Shown here piece after piece: positions 49,544 to 57,511 of a stretch of 64,000 bases of DNA (positions are counted from its first letter, which is position 1; every line of letters begins with the position of its first letter). The stretch is from Bacillota bacterium. GTDB taxonomy: Bacteria; Bacillota; Clostridia; Christensenellales; CAG-138. The notes beneath the pieces are model-generated. The model made no database searches. It was not told the DNA's origin and saw only the letters and a list, made by a program, of their open reading frames with translations. The translations under genes were made by a program, and so were the position numbers. Location of the stretch: positions 20,575-84,574 of the forward strand of contig JAEEKE010000030.1 of NCBI GenBank assembly GCA_016282255.1, written 5' to 3'.

Positions 49544-50530
49544 TTAATCGCCGGTGATCTCCACGGAAGTGATCTCGGGCGGATTGAAGACGCGCGGTAT
49601 GCCGTTGTGCCCGTCAAGTCCGCCCGTGACTACCATAGCCGCGCGGGAGCCGATGATGGATTTCCCGCGGGCATGCTTCGGGAAGAAGCCCTCCGAGGTC
49701 CAGATCGCGCCGAGCCCGAACGGTATCGCGATTACTCCGTTATGCGTATGGCCCGAAACGATCAGGTCGATATCCCACATATCCTCATCGGTGTTCTTAA
49801 GGTAGCTGTCGGGCCGGTGCGAGAGCATCAGCTTGAAGCTGTCCGTATCGCAGAAATCCGCAAGGAATTCCTGCCTTTTCTGCCAGCTCCGGTCAGTATC
49901 GAACTCCATGCGCACCGCGAAGGAATAGAAGCCGCCGATGCGGAGCTTCTGGCCCTTTATTTCGACGTCACGGTAGTCGTTTTCAAGGAAAACCGCGCCG
50001 GTACTCTCAAGCAGCTCGAGCGTTTGAGTCCTGCCGTGACCCTCGACGTTTTCCATTTCGAGCCGCTCGACATATTCGTAATAGCAGGAGTAATCGTGGT
50101 TCCCCGCAGCAAAATACACGGGAGCAATGGCCATGAGGCGCTCGAAGAGGTATCTCAGCTCCTCGTCCTCCTCTTCGGTATGGTCGCGCTCGAGCATATC
50201 GCCGAGGACGCAAATAAGGTCCGGCGCCTGTTCGGCGGCGCGCTCGACGATCTGTTCATTGTGCTCGTCGAACCTTTGGCGATGGAGATCGCTTATCAGC
50301 ACGATCCTGAGCCCCTCCATACCGGGCGCTTTTGTATCGACGCGGTATTCTGAGACGGTCACGGTCGAATCGGCGGTCGTTGATATGAGTGCGGCGGCAG
50401 CCAGGATAACGAAGAGCGCAGCGAGGATCAGGGCAGCGATCCGGCGTGCAGAAAGCTTCCGCCCGTTTTTTCTTCGGGCGGAAGCGGTTTCGTTTATTGA
50501 AATATCGTTCGTGGGGAGCGGTGTGTCCAT
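49544..50530 (-). CDS. Membrane-anchored calcineurin-like metallophosphoesterase
   Basis: 328 aa. N-terminal TM (IAALILAALFVILAAAAL). LISDLH, GDMLER, AAGNHD and SGHTHNG motifs. Confidence 0.85.
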   Translation of the reverse strand: MDTPLPTNDISINETASARRKNGRKLSARRIAALILAALFVILAAAALISTTADSTVTVSEYRVDTKAPGMEGLRIVLISDLHRQRFDEHNEQIVERAAEQAPDLICVLGDMLERDHTEEEDEELRYLFERLMAIAPVYFAAGNHDYSCYYEYVERLEMENVEGHGRTQTLELLESTGAVFLENDYRDVEIKGQKLRIGGFYSFAVRMEFDTDRSWQKRQEFLADFCDTDSFKLMLSHRPDSYLKNTDEDMWDIDLIVSGHTHNGVIAIPFGLGAIWTSEGFFPKHARGKSIIGSRAAMVVTGGLDGHNGIPRVFNPPEITSVEITGD

Positions 50531-50536
50531 GTTTTT

Positions 50537-52429
50537 TCAGTCGTCCTCGGTCATGGGTTCGTGATAACCCTTGACCATCTGCTTGACCATATCGCGGATC
50601 TCGGGTGAATTGGCTTCGCAGAGCTTATGGAGCTGGTCGAGCTGCACCACGAACAGGCGCTCGTCCATTTCGATGGGATGGCCGATGTAGATCAGCTCGT
50701 TGTTGGTCTTGACCATGCCCTCCTCATCCATCAGCAGCTCCTCAAAGAGCTTTTCACCCGGACGCAGGCCAGTGTATGCGATCTGGATATCGACGTCCGG
50801 CTCGAGACCCGAAAGCTTGATCATGTTGCGCGCAAGGTCGTCTATGCGCACGGGCTTGCCCATGTCGAGCACGAAGATCTCGCCGCCCTTTGCGTAGGCG
50901 CCCGCCTGCAGCACGAGCGACACCGCCTCGGGGATGGTCATGAAATAGCGGATGATATCCTTATGCGTGACCGTGACGGGGCCGCCCTGCTCGATCTGCC
51001 TGCGGAAGAGCGGGATGACCGAGCCGTTGGAGCCGAGCACGTTGCCGAAGCGCACGGCGACGTATTCGGTGTCGGAATGATTGTTCATGGTCTGAACGAT
51101 CATCTCGCAGATGCGTTTGCTCGCGCCCATTACGTTGGTGGGATTGACGGCTTTATCGGTGCTGATCAGCAGCATGCGCTTTGCGCCGTACTCATCCGCC
51201 GCGCGCGCGACGTTAAGCGTGCCGAACACGTTGTTCTTGATCGCTTCGTTCGGGCTGTTCTCCATGAGGGGCACGTGCTTATGCGCCGCAGCATGGAAAA
51301 CGTATTCGGGCCTGTACTGTTCGAAGATATCGTCCAGCCTGTCGCGGTCGCGGACCGAACCGATCAGGACCACAAGATCGAGCTCGGGATACCTGCGTTT
51401 GAGCTCCATCTGGATCTCATAGGCATTGTTCTCGTAGATATCGAAGATGATGAGCGTCTTCGGATTGTGGGAGGCGATCTGGCGGCAGAGCTCGCTGCCG
51501 ATCGATCCGCCGCCGCCGGTGACGAGGATCGTGCTGCCGGTAACGTAGCCGATGATCTCGGATATGTCGACGTTAACGGAGTCGCGCCCGAGAAGGTCCT
51601 CGATCTGTACGTCGCGAAGGCGCTTGACGCTGACCTCACCGTTTGCGAGCTGGAGCAGGCTGGGCAGGATGCGGAGCTTGCAGGGCGTCTGCCGGCAGAT
51701 CTCGATGATCTCGCGGCGCTGCTTGTTGGTCGCCGAGGGGATCGCGATGATGATCTCCTCGATGGAATACTTCTGCACCGTTTCGACGATCTTGTTCCTG
51801 CCGCCGACGATCTTCACGCCGAGCAGATGCTGGCCCCATTTGGTCTGGTCGTCGTCGATAACGCGGACGATGCGGTTGTCGGAATAGGTGTTGGCCTGGA
51901 TATCCTGCAAGGTGATCATGCCCGAGCGGCCCGCACCGATCAGCAGCGTGCGCTTTGCGCCGCGGCTCTTATGCCGCCAGTTGCGGCGTATAAGGCGGTA
52001 GGAGAAGCGGATCAGCAGGATAAAGACGACGAGCAATATGCCGTTTAGCACATGGAAGCTCATCGGCATGCGCCAATGAAGCAGCTTAAAGCCTATGAAG
52101 CTGACGACGTCCGTCACGAAGCAGGCAATGACGATGCTTATCGCTTCATCAAGGGACGCGTATTCCCAAAGGCTGGTATAGAGCCTGAACAGAGCGAATA
52201 TGATTATGCCGAGGGCGGTGTAGACGGGAGCGGACTTGAGCGCGTAATCGAGATATATGGTGCCGATCACCTTTGTGACGTCGAGCTCGAAACGAAGGTA
52301 GAGCGAAAGAAATACCGCAAGATTGAGCGCGATGATATCGGCAATAACAAGGAAGCATATCCTAAGCAGCTTCGCAGAGCTCATCGGCCTGCGGCTGGGC
52401 ATTTTGCTTTTATCTGCATTTTTACCCAT
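50537..52429 (-). CDS. CapD/PglF-like membrane-bound UDP-N-acetylglucosamine 4,6-dehydratase
   Basis: The ORF track gives 50537..52480. The preferred ATG is 52429 (MGKNADKS...). Four TM helices, then LVTGGGGSIGSEL, YxxxK (GASKRICE) and the Polysacc_synt_2 pattern. Confidence 0.9.
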   Translation of the reverse strand: MGKNADKSKMPSRRPMSSAKLLRICFLVIADIIALNLAVFLSLYLRFELDVTKVIGTIYLDYALKSAPVYTALGIIIFALFRLYTSLWEYASLDEAISIVIACFVTDVVSFIGFKLLHWRMPMSFHVLNGILLVVFILLIRFSYRLIRRNWRHKSRGAKRTLLIGAGRSGMITLQDIQANTYSDNRIVRVIDDDQTKWGQHLLGVKIVGGRNKIVETVQKYSIEEIIIAIPSATNKQRREIIEICRQTPCKLRILPSLLQLANGEVSVKRLRDVQIEDLLGRDSVNVDISEIIGYVTGSTILVTGGGGSIGSELCRQIASHNPKTLIIFDIYENNAYEIQMELKRRYPELDLVVLIGSVRDRDRLDDIFEQYRPEYVFHAAAHKHVPLMENSPNEAIKNNVFGTLNVARAADEYGAKRMLLISTDKAVNPTNVMGASKRICEMIVQTMNNHSDTEYVAVRFGNVLGSNGSVIPLFRRQIEQGGPVTVTHKDIIRYFMTIPEAVSLVLQAGAYAKGGEIFVLDMGKPVRIDDLARNMIKLSGLEPDVDIQIAYTGLRPGEKLFEELLMDEEGMVKTNNELIYIGHPIEMDERLFVVQLDQLHKLCEANSPEIRDMVKQMVKGYHEPMTEDD

Positions 52430-52580
52430 CTTATCGCCTTCCTTGAATAAGTTATCAAACACGGGCTGCGTATGCCGCACAGCGGCACATACCCATCCTA
52501 TGATAGTTTATTATAAAATAGTTTAATACGTTTTGTCAACATGCGGCCCGCTGAAACGGGCCGCCTTTCCTGAGATGAAC

Positions 52581-52615
52581 AAAGGAAAAGGGGCTGCCGA
52601 GCGTTCGGCAGCCCC
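52581..52615 (-). terminator. Intrinsic terminator after the methionine gamma-lyase-like gene
   Basis: Minus strand: GGGGCTGCCG-AACGCT-CGGCAGCCCC followed by TTTTCCTTT. Confidence 0.8.
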
Positions 52616-52632
52616 GGTTTTTCAGCGAGGGT

Positions 52633-53832
52633 TTACTTTTTCAGAGCGTTGAGGCAGGTGTCGAGATCGGCGATGATATCCTCGGCGTCCTCAAGGCCGA
52701 CGCTGATGCGGAGCATGCTGACGCCGATGCCGGCTTCCTCGAGCGCTTCGGGGGTGTAGGTGCTGTGGGTCATCGTCGCGGGATGCTCGATAAGGGTCTC
52801 CGCATCGCCCAGGCTGACCGCGATGGTGCAGAGCTTGAGGCTGTTGGTGAACTCGGCGCTCTCCTCGCGGGTGGCGTTGAGCTCGAAGGTCACGATGCCG
52901 CCGAAGCCGTTGCGCATCTGCTTCTTCGCGACGTCGTGGCGGGGATGGCTCTCGAGGCCGGGATAGATGACGCGCTTGACCATCGGATGGCCCTCGAGGA
53001 ACTTGGCGACCTTCATCGCGTTCTCGCAGTGCTTCTTGACGCGGATATCGAGGGTCTTGAGACCGCGGTCGATAAGGTAGGCTTCGAAGGGCCCGAGGAC
53101 CGCGCCGGTCATATCCTTGAGGCCGAACAGCGTGCACTCCTGGATGAAATCGGCTTTGCCGGCGGCCATGCCGGCAATGACGTCGCCGTGGCCGTTGAGG
53201 TACTTGGTGGCACTGTGGATGACTACGTCCGCGCCGAGATCGAGGGGCCTCTGCAGATACGGAGTGGCAAAGGTATTGTCGACGATGACCTTTGCCTCGG
53301 GGCAGGTCTCGTGCGCGAGCTTCGCTACCGCTTCGATATCGATGATCTTGAGGTTCGGATTGGTCGGAGTCTCGAAATAGAAGACCTTGGTATTCGGGCG
53401 GATCGCTTCCCTGACCTTTTCGATATCGGAGAAATCGACGAGGGTGACCTCAACGCCGTAGCGGGTAAGCCCGTGGGTAAAGAAGGAGAAGGTGCAGCCG
53501 TAGAGCGCATCGTCGGCGAGAAGATGATCGCCCGCCTTGAGCGCGGTCCAGAGTACGGTGGTCACGGCGCCCATGCCGCTCGACATCGCCATGCCGGCCT
53601 CCGCATGCTCGAGCGCGGCAAGCTTCTGACCGATCTTGGTGATGTTGGGATTGCCGAGCCTGGTGTAGATATAGCCGGGCTCCTCGAGAGCGAAGCGCTT
53701 GGCGCCCTGCTCGGTGGTGGCGAATTCAAAGGTAGAGGTCTGGAAGATCGGTGTTGCGAGGGGCGCGATGCCGGGGATCTCCAGCTTGCCGACGTGGATC
53801 TGCTGTGTTGCGAAACCGCTGTTCTTTTCCAT
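52633..53832 (-). CDS. PLP-dependent trans-sulfuration family enzyme (methionine gamma-lyase / O-acetylhomoserine sulfhydrylase-like)
   Basis: 399 aa. TPIFQTSTF, SSGMGA and HSATKYLNGHGD (PLP Lys) are typical of the Cys/Met metabolism PLP family. Confidence 0.9.
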   Translation of the reverse strand: MEKNSGFATQQIHVGKLEIPGIAPLATPIFQTSTFEFATTEQGAKRFALEEPGYIYTRLGNPNITKIGQKLAALEHAEAGMAMSSGMGAVTTVLWTALKAGDHLLADDALYGCTFSFFTHGLTRYGVEVTLVDFSDIEKVREAIRPNTKVFYFETPTNPNLKIIDIEAVAKLAHETCPEAKVIVDNTFATPYLQRPLDLGADVVIHSATKYLNGHGDVIAGMAAGKADFIQECTLFGLKDMTGAVLGPFEAYLIDRGLKTLDIRVKKHCENAMKVAKFLEGHPMVKRVIYPGLESHPRHDVAKKQMRNGFGGIVTFELNATREESAEFTNSLKLCTIAVSLGDAETLIEHPATMTHSTYTPEALEEAGIGVSMLRISVGLEDAEDIIADLDTCLNALKK

Positions 53833-54229
53833 TGTGATTCCTCCGTATTGGCTTAAAGATTGTGCATTTGACTGCCGGATGCGGCGGAGCGCGCATTATC
53901 GCCGCAGGGTCGCTTCCGTGTGCTCAGATATGGTTATTATACAGCTTTTTGGCCGATCTGTACAGAAGCAAATAAATATATTACGGCATTTTTGAGTCCG
54001 AAACGGCCGCCCGTGCGTTATATAGATATGGCCGGGTCGTTTGATCCGCGTTAGTCCGCATACGGCGTAAAAAGCAGTGGCAATATACCGAAGTTCGTGC
54101 TATAGTATGCGGACGGAGCGGACGGGAACGCCGAAAAGCGGATGCGAACGCACCGACCGAGAACAAAAACCTTCCGGAACATATCGTTCACAGCGGAAGG
54201 CGTATACCGAAAGGAAAGTACAAAGAATC

Positions 54230-55129
54230 ATGAAAAAACTGATCGCAGGCATTCTTGCCTTCATTACCCTGTTTACCTGTTTCTCCTCCTTCGCCATGGA
54301 CGAGGGCGACTGGCGCATCGTGCTCGGCGCGGACCTTACCGAAGAGGAGCGCAGCGAGATGTTCGCCGCCTTCGGCATCGTGCCCGAGGGCCTGGACGAA
54401 AGGCGCATCCTGACCGTGACCAATTCCGAGGAGCGCTTCTACTTTGAGGGCAAGCTCCCTTCGAATGAGATCGGCGTGCGCTCGATCTCGAGCATCTATA
54501 TCCGCGCGCTCCCCGAGGGCAGCGGCATCGACATCAGCACCCACAACATCAACTACTGCACCGAGGAGATGTATAAAAGCGTGCTCGCGACGGTCGGCAT
54601 CACCGACGCGAAGATCATCGTGGCAGCCCCCCGCGCCGTCAGCGGCACCGCGGCGCTCACCGGCATCTACAAGGCCTACGAGAGCCTGACCGGCAGCCTC
54701 ATCAGCGAATACGCCAAGATGGCGGGCGTCGACGAGATGCTGACCACGGGCGAGCTGGCCGAGATCATCGGCAGCGACGAGGCGACCGAGGTCATCATCG
54801 AGCTCAAGAAGATCCTTGACGAGACCCAGAAGATGGGCGACGAGGAAGTCAGGACGCAGATCCGCGCCATCGCCGAGGATAACGACGTTGAGCTCACCGA
54901 CGAGCAGGTGCAGCAGATCCTGACCCTTGCCCGCACGCTCGAGGGCCTCGACGTCGAGCAGATCCGTCAGCGCGCGCTCGGCCTTGCGAACGCCGCCACC
55001 GGCTGGCAGAAGTTTACCGACGGCGTCAAGAAGGTGTTCAACGATATCGGCAGGTTCTTAAAGGACGTGGCCGAATTCCTGCGCGGCGTGCTCGATAAGT
55101 TCTTCGGCGGGAACAGCGCAAAAGAATAA
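54230..55129 (+). CDS. DUF1002-family secreted protein
   Basis: The ORF track gives 54077..55129. The preferred ATG is 54230 (MKKLIAGILAFITLFTCFSSFA signal peptide). VLGADLTEEERSEMFAAFGI...ILTVTN is typical of DUF1002. Confidence 0.75.
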   Translation: MKKLIAGILAFITLFTCFSSFAMDEGDWRIVLGADLTEEERSEMFAAFGIVPEGLDERRILTVTNSEERFYFEGKLPSNEIGVRSISSIYIRALPEGSGIDISTHNINYCTEEMYKSVLATVGITDAKIIVAAPRAVSGTAALTGIYKAYESLTGSLISEYAKMAGVDEMLTTGELAEIIGSDEATEVIIELKKILDETQKMGDEEVRTQIRAIAEDNDVELTDEQVQQILTLARTLEGLDVEQIRQRALGLANAATGWQKFTDGVKKVFNDIGRFLKDVAEFLRGVLDKFFGGNSAKE

Positions 55130-55144
55130 CCTCAAAACACGGAA

Positions 55145-55175
55145 GAAGGGGCTGACGAACAGCCCCTTCTTTTTT
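55145..55175. terminator. Bidirectional intrinsic terminator
   Basis: GAAGGGGCTG-ACGAA-CAGCCCCTTC followed by TTTTTT. Lies between convergent genes ending at 55129 (+) and 55205 (-). Confidence 0.85.
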
Positions 55176-55204
55176 GCATCGGTATGAGCGGCGGACGCCG
55201 CTTT

Positions 55205-56590
55205 TTACGCGTTGAGCATGAACGCGCGGTACGCCTTGACGGCCTCGTAGAGGTCGGCCTTGGAGATTATCTCCCACGGCGCGTGCATCGAGAGCACGGC
55301 GACGCCGCTGTCGATGACTTCCATGCCGTAGACGGCGCAGATATAGGCGATGGTGCCGCCGCCGCCCTGATCGACCTTGCCGAGCTCGGCGGTCTGGAAA
55401 TTGACGTTCGCATCGTCCATCAGCTTGCGCAGCGCGCCGAGGTATTCGGCGTTGGCGTCATTGGAGCCGCCCTTGCCGCGCGAACCGGTGTATTTATTGA
55501 AGCATACGCCCTTGCCGAGATAGGCGGAGTTCTTGCGCTCGAACACGCCGGCGAAGTTCGGATCGTAGCCCGCGCTGACGTCGCAGGAGAGCATGCGGCT
55601 CGCGGTGAGGGCGCGGCGGAGCTTGAGGTCGCAGTAATCGCCGGTCAGATTGATGAGCTCTGCGACGGCATTCTCGAAATACTTGCCGGTCATGCCGGTC
55701 GCGCCGACGGAGCCGATCTCCTCCTTATCGGCGAGGATGCAGCAGATGGTCTTCTCGGGGATCTCGTCGATCGAAAGGATCGCGTCGATCTGAGCATAGG
55801 CGCAGACGCGGTCGTCGTGGCCGTAGCCGAGGATCATGCTGCGGTCAAGGCCGAAGTCGCGCGCGGGACCCGCGGGAACGACCTCGATCTCGGCGGAGAG
55901 GAAGTCCTCCTCCTCGATGCCGTACTTATCCTTGAGGATGGCGAGCATGGCGTCCTTGACGGGCTCCTTGGCTTCCTCATCCTTGACGGGCTTCGAGCCG
56001 ATGATGACGTTGAGCTCCTCGCCCTCGATGACGACCGAGGCCTTCTTGCCCATCTTGTCGGCGGAGAGGTGGATCAGCAGGTCGGAGATGCCGACGACGG
56101 GATCCGCGGGATCCTCGCCGACGACGACGTCCACAACGGTGCCGTCCTTCTTTGCGACTACGCCGTGGAGCGCCAGGGGCAGCGTTACCCACTGATACTT
56201 CTTGATGCCGCCGTAATAATGCGTGTCGAGATACGCGATGCCGGTATCCTCATAGAGGGGATTCTGCTTGAGGTCCATGCGCGGCGAGTCGATATGCGCG
56301 CCGACGATGTTGATGCCCTTTTCGATGGGCTGCCTGCCGAGCTTGAACATCATGATCGCCTTGCCCATCCAGTTAACGTAGACGCAGTCGCCCGGGTTGA
56401 GCTTCTCGCCCTTTTCGATGGCGCAGGCAAGCTCGCGATAGCCCTTGGCCTCGGCCTTCTTTACGGCTTCGCGGACGCATTCGCGCTCGGTCTTGCCGTT
56501 GTCGAGGAAAGCCTTGTAGTCGGCCGCGATGCGGTCGAGCTTAGTAAAGTCCTCTTCGGAATAGGTAGTCCATGCAACTTTTCTTTCCAT
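55205..56590 (-). CDS. M18-family aminopeptidase
   Basis: 461 aa. IVGAHIDSPRMDLK, YGHDDRVCAY and the C-terminal MHAPWE are typical of M18 aspartyl/aminopeptidase 1. Confidence 0.85.
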   Translation of the reverse strand: MERKVAWTTYSEEDFTKLDRIAADYKAFLDNGKTERECVREAVKKAEAKGYRELACAIEKGEKLNPGDCVYVNWMGKAIMMFKLGRQPIEKGINIVGAHIDSPRMDLKQNPLYEDTGIAYLDTHYYGGIKKYQWVTLPLALHGVVAKKDGTVVDVVVGEDPADPVVGISDLLIHLSADKMGKKASVVIEGEELNVIIGSKPVKDEEAKEPVKDAMLAILKDKYGIEEEDFLSAEIEVVPAGPARDFGLDRSMILGYGHDDRVCAYAQIDAILSIDEIPEKTICCILADKEEIGSVGATGMTGKYFENAVAELINLTGDYCDLKLRRALTASRMLSCDVSAGYDPNFAGVFERKNSAYLGKGVCFNKYTGSRGKGGSNDANAEYLGALRKLMDDANVNFQTAELGKVDQGGGGTIAYICAVYGMEVIDSGVAVLSMHAPWEIISKADLYEAVKAYRAFMLNA

Positions 56591-56711
56591 TTGAAACCTC
56601 CGTTATTTGCCGGAACGCGCTTTCCGGTATTTTAAGCAGCTATAATATTATCATTTTTTATTCCGCTTTTCAACAGGTCCCGGGCGGAATAAGGAATTGT
56701 TTTTTCTCCGA

Positions 56712-57341
56712 TCAGAAGCCGAGCACGTCGTTGACGAGGATGACGTGTATCCTGTCCTTATGCCTTGAATACCTTGTGATAAGGAACTGGCAGCAGATCG
56801 TATCGGGCGATTTGCAGTTCATGCAGGCGCCGGTCGAGGTGCAGGGCGTGGAAAGACCGAAGCGCTGGGCGTTGATCGGGGCGGCGACGTTCCTTGCGCG
56901 CTTCATCGCGCCGTCGATATCGCCGCAGACCTTGTTCATCCCCACGATGAAGAGCACCTGCTTCGGGCCCTGCGCGATCGCGGAGACGCGGTTGGCGTTG
57001 CCGTCGATATTGACGAGGACGCCGTCGTCGGTCATGGCGTTGACGCTTGAAAGGAACCAGTCCGCGTCGTAGGCAGCGAGCATCGCGGCGCGCCCGTCCG
57101 GAGCCTTGTCTCGGTCGATGAAGTCGTATTCCCCGTTCTTGAGTGCGGTTACAAGGCCGATCTCGTGCACGCTCATGCCGCCGCCCATGGTGACGGAGCT
57201 GCCCTTAGCTATCAGGCTGAGTGCGATGCGAAGCGCGTCCTCCCTTGTCTCGGCATAATACCCGGTCATGTTGCGCGAAGCAAGGCCCTTGATGACCTTT
57301 TGGGCAAGCAGCCGGTTGCGTTTGGTTATGATCTCGTTCAT
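56712..57341 (-). CDS. LUD-domain (lactate utilisation protein C-like, DUF162) protein
   Basis: 209 aa. Pattern GSSVTMGGGMSVHEIGL...VLFIVGMNKV and a C-terminal Cys cluster CTSTGACMNCKSPDTIC. Confidence 0.65.
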   Translation of the reverse strand: MNEIITKRNRLLAQKVIKGLASRNMTGYYAETREDALRIALSLIAKGSSVTMGGGMSVHEIGLVTALKNGEYDFIDRDKAPDGRAAMLAAYDADWFLSSVNAMTDDGVLVNIDGNANRVSAIAQGPKQVLFIVGMNKVCGDIDGAMKRARNVAAPINAQRFGLSTPCTSTGACMNCKSPDTICCQFLITRYSRHKDRIHVILVNDVLGF

Positions 57342-57432
57342 TGGTTTTCTCCCTTCCGGTTTTTCTGTATTATACTATATGCCGCCTTTAAAAACAAGGT
57401 CGGAACGGAAGGATTTGACTGCCCCGCGAATA

Positions 57433-57461
57433 TTGACAGAAAAGCGAAAATACTGTAAAAT
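57433..57461 (+). promoter_or_regulatory. Candidate SigA promoter TTGACA-N17-TAAAAT
   Basis: TTGACA at 57433-57438, 17-nt spacer, TAAAAT at 57456-57461. About 50 nt upstream of the ATG at 57512. Confidence 0.5.
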
Positions 57462-57511
57462 ATTAGTTTGTAACGTGCGTATTCAAACGCGATCAAAGGG
57501 CTCGGAGGTTT

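Noticed and set aside
53833-53960. SAM riboswitch or T-box upstream of the methionine gamma-lyase-like gene
   Set aside because: The leader lacks the conserved SAM-I core and any T-box (AGGGUGGNACCGCG-like) sequence that I can recognise. It is left as an unassigned leader pending an Rfam scan.
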